DNA of 64,000 bases from Chrysomallon squamiferum (GCA_012295275.1 CM022665.1:31620001-31684000), one strand, 5' to 3'; positions 12,068 through 26,156 are shown, counted from the stretch's first letter. Made by a program: numbers and translations. Notes: generated from the sequence alone by a model not told the origin.

Positions 12068-15000
12068 TTTTTGTAATGCAACCTATGTTTATAATTTTGC
12101 ACATACCTCACATTCATAATAATGTACTATCTGCAGCTGTATTTTAATATATTTTTATAGAGGTGTTCATGGAACTAATGAATTATCAGAAAAACAACTC
12201 AAGTCATGCTATGGTGAAGATATGATATGGGAACATGCTGAAAGTATTAGAAAGCAGCTGAGAAATCAGAAAGGTAGAACAAATTATTTCATACTTTTAT
12301 TCAACATTACAAACAAAAATATCCACTATTCTTTAATCATTTATTTATATTTTTCATTTTCATTTTCATTTTCATTTTAAATTTAATTTTAATTTTAATT
12401 TTAATTTATTATTATTATTAATACTAATTTGTTTTGCATGAAATGTACAGTTTTTCTTTCTTTTCTACAAGTTTTATTAATTTCTTTTATACCATTATTT
12501 GATTTAATTTAATTTAATTTTTTATTTGTTCATTCATATTTTTATTTATTTTATTATTATTATTATTGTTTATAAAAAAGAAAAATGAAATACAGATAAT
12601 TAATGACAAAACATTCTCAATAGTTTTTAATTATTATTTCTTTTAATTCATAATTCATAATCATTTCTTTGGTTCATTTTCATATTCTGCCTCACAGTTA
12701 AAATTTTATCTAACAAATAATGTTGCATATTGCGTTAATAAATTATTTATATAAACAATTTAAAAAAAAAAAAAAATATTTGCTACTCTTTGGTATGGAT
12801 TAAATGTTGTTTAAACTTAAAATATGATATCAGTGGAATAAAAATTAAAGGACATTTTATCATTTAATTTTTTTACAGTTAATTGGAGATTCTTTGAGAA
12901 TTATTTTGATACACCTGGGCTGGTAGCCATGGCACGTATAATTGACATCCTAGACAGTAAGGTAAGATGTGAATTTTAGAGTAGCTTTTATTGTTTTGTT
13001 TCAACTGCTTTTTGCTGATATTATCTTAAACTAAATTACTGTGTTTTTATATATATTTATTTATTTTATTTTATTTTATTTTTTCTAATTTGAGTTTTCT
13101 GGTTAATTTAACATAAAAATAAATAAATTTGAAAACAGGAACAGTTCTGTTCTTATTTTAGACAGATTCTAAAGCAGGAGAAAATGAATATGTTTCTGCT
13201 TGGCATGATGTTTTAGAAGGTCTCATTGAGATGTACACATTTACTCACTATGCAGGTAAGATAAATGTCTATATTTTTAGTACTGGGAAATGTATCAATA
13301 TTGTTAATGGCTTTTACTTAGTATAATGTACTCACAAAATTGGTTTTCTGTTAAAGAACTGAATTTTATAGGCATTCTAATTTATTTACAGAGGGAAAAG
13401 GCTATTTTTTTCAAAACTTCAAAAATAATGCCTCAAAATACATAGAGTCTTGCAGCAATGATATAAAGAAGTGGCTAAAATCTTTAAGACAGAAGAACAA
13501 GGTTGTTTTCCTTATGACTTCTTCATTTGTTGATTTTGCTGCAAAAACACTGGAGGCTTCCCTAGGGTAAGTGTGAGACATTGTCTTTGGCTCAATGGTT
13601 GAAATACCTAAAAATATATATGGGTCATTCCGTGTCAAATCACCCAATGGTTTAAACCCGACCGTCTCAGATTTTTTTGAAACTTGGTATACTTGTTGAC
13701 TGGGATCCCACAGCACCAAATCTGACATTTTAGCTCAATCAGACCAGTGGTGTGGGAGATACGGCCCACGGAATTTTGAGATTTTTGCCAAAAATGGGTG
13801 TGACCACCAACCTTAGAACCCTCATATCTCAGGAACTATTGGGCCAATCTTCACAAAATTGGTATTGTTAGAAAGGCAAAATGACAAGGATACCAAATCT
13901 GCCAATTTTGTTTAGTTTGGAAAATATTGGAGTACCTTGACCTTTTGACCTTTGCTATGACCTTGAAATTGACCGTGTGGATCACGTGATCTTGAGATGA
14001 CCTTTATTGAAATTTAATCTCCCACATGTTAACTAAAACATATAAAAGTTTCCTGGGTGTAATATTTTTTGTTTAGCCACAATATAGATTTAAAAAATGC
14101 ACATACCTGAAAATAACACCTTTTCAGCCATTAACATCTGATTGACTAAAACCTGAATGATCAATTCTGGATGCTAAGAATCACCATCTCTCTTGATCAT
14201 TGAGTAAGACATTGTAGGCCTACATGTATGCATAAAGTTCACATATAAAAGTTTCCTGAGTATAATATTTTTTGTTTAGCCTTAATAGAGATTTAAAAAA
14301 ATGCATACCTGCATGGATGATTGATACAATGCATTACAATGTACATTTTCTCTGAGACTAAAAACTCATCTTTGGAGTTAAAACCCACCTGACATGTCTG
14401 AAGGAATGCCTGAAGGATATGAAAAGATGCCAAATGGCATCACATGTTCTACACAATCAGGCTCAAAGGGTTAACAGGAAGTAATGCTTCAGGCAGGTCA
14501 GGAACTCCTTTAGAGCACATGGCAATTTGAAGTTTAAGACAAAGAAGTTTCTTCATCTGCATTTCTTTGACAATCTGAAGCTTTTTAAGTTGGACACAAT
14601 GTGAGATGTTGATATATAAACAATATTTTTATTTCATAAAGCCTGTTAAGTAATTTTATCATGTCATGTGGGCCTTGCCATTGGTTTTGAACAAGGTTTC
14701 AGTCAACAGTACAACCCAGTCTGATATCAGACGTCATCAAGTGATGTACTGCATAATGTATTTGTACACCAAGTCTTCGGCACAGATTATGAATAAGGTC
14801 TACTTCACCTTAATAAACTGTGATTTATACTTGAGAAGATTGACATAAATGCCTAAGACTTGTGGGCCTTTGGCAATAACACATGTACTCTGCTGCCATT
14901 TTATGACCTGCTTAACTTTACTGAAAGGGTTTCAGGATTTGATTTAATATTTAGGAAAGCACTGACTTTGTTCTATTGAACTGAAGGTGCAGGCCAATAC

Positions 15001-18000
15001 TGAAAATCCTTATTTCTTCCAGAGCTAACTGCAGCTTTAGCTCTCCTAAAAATGTGTGTTATCAACACCATCATATCAAAAAGGAGTTGTTGCGAAGTGT
15101 ATGGAAAACTGAGGAAATCGAACTCCTCACTCTTTGAAGTGGGATCAAAACACGGGACATCAAGAGTATCATGAACAAGAACTTTTCATCAAATTTTCAA
15201 CATTGCAGAAAAACTGTTGTGATCCCCTTAATCGCCACCCTGAGCAAGCACGCACTAGATCTTTAAGAATTGTTAGCATGGGCACTTACAAATGCTTAGT
15301 AAATCCTCCAAAGACACTAGTGCCAGGAGACAAGTTGTGCTGTGACTGTCTGATTACCCTTCAGAAATCCAATCTTGATTTTGTCACCCTTTACCATTGA
15401 AAGGACAATGAATTGAAGGAGGAAATAATCCAATTTTATGAAAGTGATGAGAACAGTAGAATGTGTCTGGGAATGAAGGATACAGTGAGCATTTGAAACA
15501 AACATAGTGAGAAGGTTAAGCATCAGAAACACCTAGTTCTCTCAAATTTATGTGAACTTTATACATACATGTAGGCCTTCAATGTCTTACTAGATGATCA
15601 AGAAAGATGGTGATCCCTAGCATCCAGAATTGATCATTCAGGTTTTAGTTAATCAGATGTTAATGGCTGTAAACGTGTTATTTTCAGGTATGTGCATTTT
15701 TTAAATCTATATTGTGGCTAAACAAAAAATATTACACCCAGGAAACTTTTATATGTTTTAGTTAACATGTAGGAGATTAAATTTCAATAAAGGTCATCTC
15801 AAGATCACGTGATCCACACGGTCAATTTCAAGGTCATAGCAAAGGTCAAACGGTCAAGGTACTACAATATTTTCCAAACTAAGCAAAAATGGCAGATTTG
15901 GTATCCTTGTCATTTTGCCTTTCTGACAATACCAATTTTATGAAGATTGGCCCAGTAGTTCCTGAGATATGAGGGTTCTAAGGTTGGTGGTCACACCCAT
16001 TTTTGGCAAAAATCTCAAAATTCCGAGGGCCGTATCTCCCACACCACTGGTCTGATTGGGCTAATATTTCAGATTTGGTGCTGTGGGATCCCAGTCAACA
16101 AGTATACCAAGTTTTATAAAAATCTGAGACGGTCGGGTTTAAATTCCTTTTTTTTTTGGTTGATTTGACACGGAATGACCCATATATATATAACTAAATA
16201 AAGAAATTCAAGTGATATATTAACAATGAATATTCCTTACATCTGAAATAAATAACTGTTACATAGATTTATATGGAGCTCTCAAGTTGTGTGTGTGTCT
16301 ATAGATATGTGTATAGGAAAAAAAAATAGACACCAACATACACACAAAACATTTTGTTAAAAAAAAAGCAGCTTGTTTAACATGTTGACCTGTTTTAATG
16401 CATCCAGACTAGGGTGATATTAATTAGATTTAATGTCTGGACTATGATCAGTTTGTTTCAATATATATATATATATATATACAGGGTGGCCCAGATGTAA
16501 CCGAACCTGAATTGTTATGAAAAGTTACAGTTAAATGAAACAAATTTTATTTCATATAGTTACAGCAAATGTTCGAAATGCAAACCATTATTTGTAATAC
16601 AGTGATGACATCGTTCAGTGGTTGATTCAGTTACTTTTTTGTACATTTCCGTTAAGAGCCTGGAGTTCTTGCAGACGATATGGGTGCAAGCCAATATCCG
16701 ACATGATGTGTTGTAAAGACGATCGTGATATGCCCAGCTCTGCACTGCAGAAGCACGTCTCTGGGATTTGCGAGGGCTGTTGACATATGATGATGCTACT
16801 AATTCCTGGTTGGCAATTGTCATTGTTCTTGGTGCACCAGGTTTATACGCGTCGGCGACGTTGCCAGTTCGTTCGAATTTTTGTACCAATTCGTAGATTG
16901 CTGATTTTGATGGAGGTGGTGTATCAAATGATTCATTCCAATGATCAATAACATTTTTATAACTCCTCTCCGACAAATAATAACTTTTAACAGCATGAAT
17001 ATGTTCTTCCAATTTTAAAGTGCGTTGTGTGTTGGCCATGTCTGTTAAATGAAAGAGGCGGACAAAATTGATAAAACGAAAACTATCAAAGAAGAAGGTT
17101 TCCGTCCTCTCTTAAATAGGCTTTGCAACACTTTCAGTGGTGATGACGAAACCGGTTAACACAGCCATGCACGTGAAGTCTCTTTACCAATTCTCCCTGA
17201 TATTGATCACTTCGGTATTTCATGAAGCAGACTTGAAATCAGTGATCATTGATTGAGCTTTCGGGTTCGGTTACATCTGGGCCACCCTGTATAAATACAA
17301 AATGCTCCAAATTGTTTTATTTTAAAAAAAAAAGACAAAAAGAGACTCTTAATTAACTAATTTGCTGTTGAATATAAATATGATAGATAGGTTTGTTTGG
17401 CTTCTTGTTTTAATCTTGGTTTTGGTATTTGTTCACCAGTTATCATCAGTGTTTTAAAATGATTTTTGCATTTAGATATCTTCAAGTAAGTTTCTTGGCA
17501 TACATGTTTTCTGGGATCATTTTTGTATTTGAATTTTTTTATATTTTTATTTTTATTTATGTTTCTATAGATCTGACTGGGCCACATACTTTGATATAAA
17601 TGTCTTCTATGCAAGAAAACCATCTTATTTCACTGACACAGCACCTCACCACATAATTGGTAACATTGCATGTTTGTTATTTGACTAGGTTATTATTTAT
17701 GTGTATGTGTGTGTGGAGTTTTATATATTATTATTTAGTAAATATTAAGAATATCTGCAAATACATGAATTTTAATTGATATTATTTGAAAAAATATGTA
17801 CTTCAGGAAAATGATGATAAACATTTTGAATCCAATTTTCCTTAATTCTTGGTGTAATTGTTAAAGGGTAGCAATGATAACAGAAGTAAAATAATCAAAA
17901 TGTAATGTATTACTTTGAACAGAATAGGTTATAACTATGTTTATAATGACAGTGGGAGTGCTGGATTGCAGCATCAGTCTTCCTTAATACATTATTTTGG

Positions 18001-19367
18001 GTTCTTTTCGTGAACTATATGAATTATTGACTAATGGAAGTTTGTATTGATTAGAAAGCATCATCTATAAAAACTGATAAAATATATTTAATACATAAAT
18101 TTAATAGTTATTTCATTGATGAGTTTTATTTTTTCAGTACATGATAAAGATTTTGGACCTGCTGAATGTCTTGAAATAAATGGTTTCTATTCACGAGGAA
18201 ACCACAGAGATCTTATGAAATTTATTTCAGAACAAACAGGCAAAAGAAATCCTCAGGTAAATTTTAAATTGTCACTATTTATCAGAGTTAAAATTTTAAT
18301 TATTATTAATATTTTATTAAGATATGGGTTAAGAATTATTCATTCATGAAAAAGGTTTACTTGGTAAGATGCTGATATCTCATTAGGGCACATTTGATAT
18401 GTGTTTTATCTGATGTGAATTCAAGTTACACCTGGTACCAGAATCTTTCTTTGTTATTATTAACCAAGCATTCACTGAATTAGATGTATATAGTTGTGAT
18501 ATACTGTTCTTCATATGTTCAGTGGTTCTGTAAGTTGTATTAATTTCTAAAGGTAATTATCAAAATAAAATGTGAGATATATACTACTTCCAAAATATAT
18601 GTTTATATAATTTTAATTTATAAAATATTTGTTTATATAATTTGTACAATGTGTTACATGACTTCTACTTTAAAAAATATCTTTTTATATCATTTCTGTT
18701 TATAAAATGTCTGTTTACATGATTTCTGTTCATATATTTTACATTTGTATGGTTTCTACTTATGAAGTATCTCTTTGTATTGCATAACTTCTACTTAAAA
18801 AATATATGTTTATATTATTTCTGATTATAAAATAAGTTTATATATGATTTCTACTTATAATATATCTGTTTATATATTATTTCTACATTAAAAATATGTA
18901 ACTGTTTTGCAGATTGTTTATTTTGGAGACAACATCTGTGCTGATTGTTACCCAGCTAAGATGTTTGCTGGGTGGGGCACTGTGTTGTTACTGGAAGAAA
19001 TGGATGCTGAAGGATACACATGTTCTGATGGAACTGTTCCAGAACTTGAAGAACAAAGCTGCAGTGATGAACCTATGACAAAGAAGAAGAAAGTAACTCA
19101 CTTTGAGGTGAAGAATAAAATTAATTTCTGTATTAAGAGAATTTTTGAAAAACAAAAATAAACTGTTGCTTTTAATTTAAATATAATTTGTTTGTAAAAT
19201 GAAATATTTTTGATATCTTTGAATGAATCATTAGTTATTAAATAAAAGTATTATTTCTTTTCTTTTTTTCTTTCTTTTTTCAAAGAAATATATGTGCATA
19301 TATATAGGAGAATAGATTATTCTGCTTCACATCATCATTTAAAATACATTTATTGTCAATTTGCTTA

Positions 19368-19398
<31 letters not shown>

Positions 19399-20074
19399 AA
19401 TTTATTTGTATGTGATTTTCACAGCATAGTACATTAGTAACAGAAGAAGAAAGAGAATATCTAACATCTAAATTCTGGGGAAATTTCCTTTATCATGAAG
19501 AAGAAAACCCACCAAACCCAAAGAAAATGAACACATTTTGGGGATCTGTAATTAGCGAGTACAGTTGTATTACTGTTCCAAGTCTGGAGTATTTAGCAAG
19601 TAATTTGATTTCAAATTGTGTATATATATATCAAATATTTATTCTCAATTTTAAACTTGAACTCTGCAGTAGTTAAGATGTCTAAATGATTATTTTTAAT
19701 CACAGTAAACTTCACAGTAGAATGTTAATAAATTTTTAAGTAAAAACTAACAAATTTCACTGAATCAAACACCGGCTTCATGAAAGCAGCATTTTTATAT
19801 ATTAATAATATTACATTTTATATTTTAAAAACCTAATTCCATGAATTTTTTTCAAACCTGCATAATGATGGTATAGTACTAAGATTATACATTTTTCAGC
19901 TTTAATTATTTTATCTGCCTTCTTATATACTCTTACGTTTGTATTGTTTTCACTGAAAAGCTATCTGTTATTTATTTTCTAGGAGTACCTCTGGATCATG
20001 AATTTGAATCCTTCAGTGGTGAAAGTGGAAACACAAATGGATTCCATCCTGGCAAACCAGCATCTCTACTGTAA
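10226..20074 (+). CDS. NT5DC1: 5'-nucleotidase domain-containing protein 1-like (HAD superfamily), 12 exons, ~564 aa (472 aa from the second ATG at 10502)
   Basis: Exons 10226-10621, 11288-11379, 11740-11811, 12161-12273, 12879-12961, 13162-13255, 13392-13566, 17571-17659, 18138-18256, 18913-19107, 19425-19599, 19983-20074; all GT-AG and phase-consistent. HAD motifs: I GFDLDHTLAKY, II FLMTSS, III ARKPSYF, IV VYFGDNICAD. Also FENYFD-P, SKFWG and a C-terminal GFHPGKP as in NT5DC1. Confidence 0.92.
11965..12016 (+). pseudogene. Truncated duplicate of NT5DC1 exon 4 (pseudo-exon)
   Basis: After a ttttacag acceptor it encodes GVCGTKELSETQLKSCY, versus GVHGTNELSEKQLKSCY in the real exon at 12161. 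The upstream intron sequence is duplicated too. The 3' half and donor are missing. Confidence 0.85.
13622..16181. mobile_element. Non-autonomous DNA transposon with ~620-bp TIRs, Sola2-like
   Basis: Termini GGGTCATTCCGTGTCAAATCA...TGATTTGACACGGAATGACCC. TIRs at ~13622-14244 and ~15550-16181, with ATAT on both sides (4-bp TSD). Internal transposase remnants: CCDPLNRH (~15215) and QFYESDENSRMCLGMKDTVSI*...KHQKHLVLSNLCELY (15431-15563). GRG ends, 4-bp TSD and long TIRs fit Sola2; the family call is less certain than the element itself. Confidence 0.87.
16482..17289 (-). mobile_element. Internally deleted Tc1/mariner-superfamily transposon
   Basis: ~30-bp TIRs CAGGGTGGCCCAGATGTAACCGAACC(T/C)GAA with TA on both sides. 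ORF 16560-17039 has an N-terminal HTH region (PPSKSAIYELVQKFERTGNV, SPRKSQRRAS), a frameshift, and the typical C-terminus GLHFEHLL. The catalytic DDD/E domain is absent. Confidence 0.92.
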
Positions 20075-20952
20075 TACCTTTATTTTGTTTTACTGCCTAA
20101 CTGGTGATCACTGGTTTTAAATTTATCACCTTTAACAAATACAAATACAAGGTCATATAAATGAACATTTTTGTTTTGAATCCATTCTTTCAAAACCTAG
20201 GAGCTTTTCCCAATTAGTATTAATTCTTTTTCACAAGATAATAAGGTTCAGATCTGGTTAGACAGCACAAATTTTGGATTACAATATTCATATAAAAATT
20301 TAATAATATAGTCATGCTTACATGAAAACGTAAGGTAAGATTGTTGGATTTGACACATTGTGAAATCAACTGCATTTAAATATTTGTTATTGTGTTACAA
20401 AATGGTGAATACATAATAATATAATTACCTTTGAAGTTTAAGCTTATTTGCATTACAATTCATAAATCTGAAAGTTGATAATTTAATGTTGAATTGCTAT
20501 CTTTTATTGTGTTCATTGTAAAGAGATCTATGTATTTTTATTTTGTAAAATAATGAAAACATGTCATAACTGTGTCCAGTGGATGTAAAACAAACTGTAT
20601 TCTCATGACCTAAAGTAACTATCTGTTTTTTAATTTTGATGTTTTCTTTTTTCATTTGTATAGAATTTTTATTTTAATACATCATACTCGAAAACAGTAA
20701 TAAAGAGATACAGCATAAATGGTTGGAAAGAACATTTATTTTTTATACTGGACAATACTCTTTAACTAGACAAAACTTGCAGGTCATTTAATTAAAAGAA
20801 ATTGAGGGTAAGAAAGAATTATTATTCACTGATAAGATAATATTAATTTCCAGTCTAAGTCTCATCTTAATTTTTCTTTTTTTTTTGTGTGTGTATATGG
20901 TATTTAAGTATTTGCATTATTAGAAAGATTTATCATTTGCAGATGGGCAAAT

Positions 20953-21640
20953 ATTAATTTCTAGTATCTGGTTTTTTTAATATTATTATTATTATTTTAT
21001 TTTTTTTCAGGAATTGATAAAAGGGACATTTTACCTAAATATATTTTATGTCTGTTTTATGTTGTTTTTTTTTTAAATTTATTTTTTTAAATTATTATTA
21101 TATTTTGTATGTGTGTGTTTATTATTGTTTATTAAATAAGTGTGTACAGTTATGTTCAGGTAGAAAAGTATTGTTTTAAAACGTACCAAAAATATAAAAT
21201 ATTTTGATTTATTGGTTATATTTTTGTTACCTTCAACAGTTACAATCTATATTAAGAGGGCATTTATAATATTTGTTGTTTTAAAGGTGTCCTGTGGAAA
21301 GAAATACTAATTTCTAGTATCTAGTCTTTTGAGGACTTAATAAAGGAATTTATTTAGACATTTTACCTAAATATTTTTTACATTTGTTTTTTTTTGTTTT
21401 TTTTAAATTATTATTATTATTATAATATTTTGTATGTGTGTGTTTATTATTGTTTATTAAATATGTGTCTACAGTTATTTTCAGGTAGAAAAGTATTATT
21501 TTAAAACGTATCACAATGTAAACAAGGGTTCATCTGAAACTGCCAAAAATATAAAATATTTTGATTTATTTGTTATATTTTTGTTACCTTCAGCAGTGAC
21601 AATCTATATTAAGAGGGCATTTATAATATTTGTTGTTTTA
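20953..21640 (+). repeat. Diverged tandem duplication of ~330 bp downstream of the NT5DC1 stop
   Basis: Blocks such as TTCAGGTAGAAAAGTATT and ACAATCTATATTAAGAGGGCATTTATAATATTTGTTG occur twice (~20953-21283 and ~21306-21640). Confidence 0.85.
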
Positions 21641-21764
21641 TGCAAAACATAAAATATTTATTTTATTTGTTACTTTCAAAAGAACATTATTTTGATCACC
21701 ATAACTTTTGAGTGTAGAGTCTAATATGGCTCAGTTTGAAATGTTGAGATTAACTGAGTTCAGC

Positions 21765-22135
21765 TTAATTCCAGTTTACTGTAACAGTAACTGAAAACAG
21801 TTAAGAAATGTATTTGCAAGTTATTCAAGGTTATGTATTTCTAAATATTTTTATTTTTTATTTTTGGTTTGTAATGTCATTTATCACATTAGTCTTATTT
21901 AATTCCAATTTATTGTATCAGAAATTGAAAACAGTATTAAGAATAAGAAGTTTATTTGCATATTATTCTGGGTTATGTATTTTTAAACATCTTTTTTGTT
22001 GTTTTCTTTTGGATTTTTTGTAATGTCATTTATCACATTATACCTATTTAATTCCAGTTTACTGTATCAGAAATTGAAAACAGTGTTAAGGATAAGAAGT
22101 TATTTGCAAATTATTGAAGGTTATGTATTTTTAAA
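21765..22135 (+). repeat. ~2.5 diverged copies of a ~130-150-bp unit
   Basis: Recurring TTAATTCCAGTTTACTGTATCAGAAATTGAAAACAGT...GGTTATGTATTT. The similar ORF-track peptides at 21808 and 21996 reflect this repeat. Confidence 0.75.
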
Positions 22136-23959
22136 CAATTCAAAAAAGAAACAGTATTTAGAAGTAAGTTTATACAAGCAATTATTATTTTTATTTTTTT
22201 TATTTATGATTATTATTATTTTTATTTTTTTTACAAATCTTGGAAATATGAAGTTACAATAAGTTTATATAGTTTGGTAATAAAAGTTGTTTATAAATAT
22301 TACATGTATTTTATATTAAAGAACAGCAGTTGAAATTTTAATTTTGTTATTATTTTAAAAAAATATATATATTTATGTTTATACAGTTTTTCATATATTC
22401 TGTAGAATTCATGTTTAAAACTGCAGTAATTTTTTTTGCTAGTAATAGAGAAGTAATACATATACAAAACCTGATATTAATAATAATAATTTTAGTATTG
22501 AAATTTTAATTTTAATCCAAGACAGATGATCCAAATTAAGATAAAAAGGTTTGTTTGAATTTTAATTTTGATTATTAAGATAAACATGTTATACCTTAGA
22601 AGTAACAAATCTGTTAGTGAAAAAGAATTGTGTATGATTCATTAAAAGTTTTTAATGCTTTTTGGTGTTATGTTGTCTTTTTTATTTTGTTTGTTATTAA
22701 TGTCTTGTGTTTGTAATTAATCAAAATATTTATATAATACTATAACAAACAATATAAATTTATTGTGTGATAAATCAAAGACACCAGTACTGCTGTAAAG
22801 AGATTGGAAGAGATACATAAAGTCAGTTCATTTAGCAAGTCTGAATTTATTTCTTTATTATTAATGCATTTTCCAGTGAACACATTATTGAATTTTGAAA
22901 ATGGAAATAATCTTTTGTTATTACCATAAACTCCAGTGTTGATATAAATTATGTATACACAGTAACAAAAGGTGACATATTTGTAACACATTTTATTATT
23001 TTCTTCTTTTTTTTTGCATTTTCATATACATATAATAATAATTCATTAAAGCATTAATTAATAATAAATACACCTGCATTTCCAAACATAATGTAGTTGT
23101 GCGAGATAAAAATTATTTATACAATGAAGATGTAGCTTATCTGCATTTATTACATAGTGATATATTCATCACACTGTCGTGTAAAGCATTCTGATTATTC
23201 ATGTTGAATATTAATTTGTGCATTTTCAGTAAAGCATATTAAAAATACAAAATTAAGTAAATGATAACTTAAAATTCTGGATATGTGAAAGAAAATTCTG
23301 CTTGTAAATTATATGTGGCTTGATTTTAGAAGATATCCAAATTTATGTAAATTAACATACAATTATTTACTTTACTTAAGCAGTAATGTCTTTAGCATGG
23401 CCTTACATCTGAGTATAGGTGATGTTTAGATAAATTTTTACATTATAATATTTTCCTCATTTTCAAAATATTTGAGAATGGGTAAATTTTTTCATGTTTC
23501 CATTAGATAACTGTTTAAACATGCCTATAGTTTTCATTTCTTACTTAGAAAGGTTTTTTCCAACAAAAACAAAAACAAAAAACCACAATAAAACAATAAT
23601 AGTAACAATAATAATAAACAAGTAAAATAACATTCAAACTGATAATGGTTAAATCATAAATTATATATTAGGATAACATAATGTTAGTGAGATTTGTTTT
23701 ATGAAATTAAAACTTGTATATTTCTATAAGAAAACATTACTGTTGTATGTATTTGGCAGCATAAACTGCGTGAAGTTTGCTTGGTTTTAAGTATAACTGT
23801 TTCGGCTTACGTGTATGTAAGTATTAAACACTTCGATTTAAAAAAAAAAGAAAGGTAACTCCATTATCTGTTTTGAATTTTAGATCTAACTACTTCATTT
23901 ATAATACTATTACGTTAGTTACATGAAATGTTCTTAAATTGTTGACGCTCATTTAACTA

Positions 23960-26105
23960 TTAAAGTTTTGTGGTCAGATCGTCGGATAGAGCAACCTGAT
24001 TTGTGTAGATGTGGTCGTTCATTTTGTGTACTCCATTTAGCTCCAGTCCATCAGATTTCTCTGGCTGCAGGTAAGAGTTGAACATGGCTTGCTTAGACTG
24101 CTGCAGCTGATCTGCTTTTATATCGATATTTCTCTGAAGGTTCAGTTCAAATCTCTCGGCTCTCTTTCGTAGTCGATTCTATAAATAAGACAATAAATAG
24201 CTGTACGGTTATGTAATATTAAGAAATCAATGCTTAGTAGGACCAGAAATTGTTCGATTTTAAAGTTATAGCATCCCCCGAAGGTTTTATTTGTATAAGT
24301 AATTTTGTTAGATGAAAATATATTTAGTTTTTTTAAATTTAATTTAAAAAAATATATATATATCCAAATTTAGATCTACTGGAATTAGCCGAAGAGAAAC
24401 ACATTTATTCCTTCAGTACATGTAAATGGTTGACTTATTGAAATAGAAAAGAAAATACTTTATGTTTTTCAGCTGTGATATCTTATCTACTAATACAAAA
24501 TATAAATTAATACGAAAGAAATAAAGACGATGTATAAACAGATTTTTTTTTTTTTTTTTTTACTCTAGCTTGTTGGCAGGCACACAATGAAAACAGAATG
24601 CCGAGAAAACTACATCCACAGGCGACGGCACCAAACACTGTATACAGATAAACAAGTGGCGTTTTCTCACAATCTCCTTCAAGAATATGTTTCCTATGAA
24701 ATAAAAAATAAAGACTTAATTTCGAGAAAAGAACAGTAAACACAAAAACATGTCCAATTTAATCGAAAGTGGCGTTATATTATGTTTCTTTGAAGGTAGA
24801 GATTTTCCACTTTTGTGCGATTAAATATTGTTACAGCAACCAGTTTTTGCTAATAATAAAGTCTGACAATAAAATAATCAAATCACGAAGTTTCATAGAG
24901 ACTGACATTTTACCTTTTGTTTTAATGTTCTAACGTTATGTAACTTAGAAATGTATAAAATAGTTCCTCGTAAACAGTATAAATCATTGCAGTATTGTCG
25001 TATCCTCTGTTAGTCATTGACATGACCTTAAATCTATCAACCTCCAGTGTTAAAGCATTATTTTAAAAATTAGATAACATAGATACCTAACATTTTAGTT
25101 TTACGTACGTGCAGTTGACACTGGTGTCAAATACTGGTGATATTGAATATCCATATGATAAGCCTCCAGAAAAAGCTGCCATCAACAGAATTGGTATATG
25201 CAAGGCAATCTGAAAAGCATAACATTAAAATATCATTCACAGTATTGTTTGTGTATTAATAAATATTGAATATTTTTAATTATTATTTTATGTTACATTG
25301 TAATCTTATTTTTGTTTTGCTTTCTTTGAAATGCTTTTTCCACCCCCATTCATTTGTCTCTTGTATTTTATTATTAATATGATGCGAAAGTGTGTTTTTG
25401 TCAGTGTAGACGTATGTGTGCAGAAGAAATAATGGTAATATATTCATGAAAAATAAGTAAAATATATGTTGTATAAAACACATACCGCAATCATTCGTCT
25501 TTTATAAGCCACTGATATGCCGGTGATTGTGGGAAATATAAACTGAAAATGAAAATTAAACGAGTGAAACATCTGACTCATTTATTTAAAATACATTCTG
25601 CAAATTGTTCATTACCTATTTTTCTAATAATGAACGCTACAGTTAGGACAAGAATGGCTATTCATATGAAACATCTACATCTTTCACTGATGTTATCGTT
25701 ATCGCTATTACATAATTCGTTTCTATTTTGCTAATCAAAACTCGTTGTGATGAATTAAATTAATAAAGTTTTAATTAAAAAATATATATATGTTTGACCG
25801 ATTTCACATTTATAAAAACAGACTTTAATTCATAATAAAATGTTTTTTGTCTTTTGTTTTAAACTACAGTAAATGAATATAAAGACATTGAAAACTATGG
25901 TAGAAATGTATACATAAAAACATTGTGAAATGGTTAATCGTAGGCTCTGTGCGGAGAGCAGGTCACTTATTTACATCATCAGCTGTCCTAGTTAAAATTT
26001 ATAATAAAATACATTGTCCAAAACTAATGTAGAGGAGTATACAGACATTAAAAATCACGACAGAAACATATGGAAACTTTAAACGGTTAAACATAGGTTG
26101 TTGTT

Positions 26106-26156
<51 letters not shown>

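Noticed and set aside
13411-13728. 105-aa minus-strand ORF
   Set aside because: Spans the transposon TIR and the antisense of NT5DC1 exon 7; incidental.
18600-18900. Degenerate ~30-bp intronic repeats (TTTCTACTTAAAAAATAT...); also duplicated blocks at ~26160-26460
   Set aside because: Ordinary decayed AT-rich intronic tandem duplications with no coding or structural signal.
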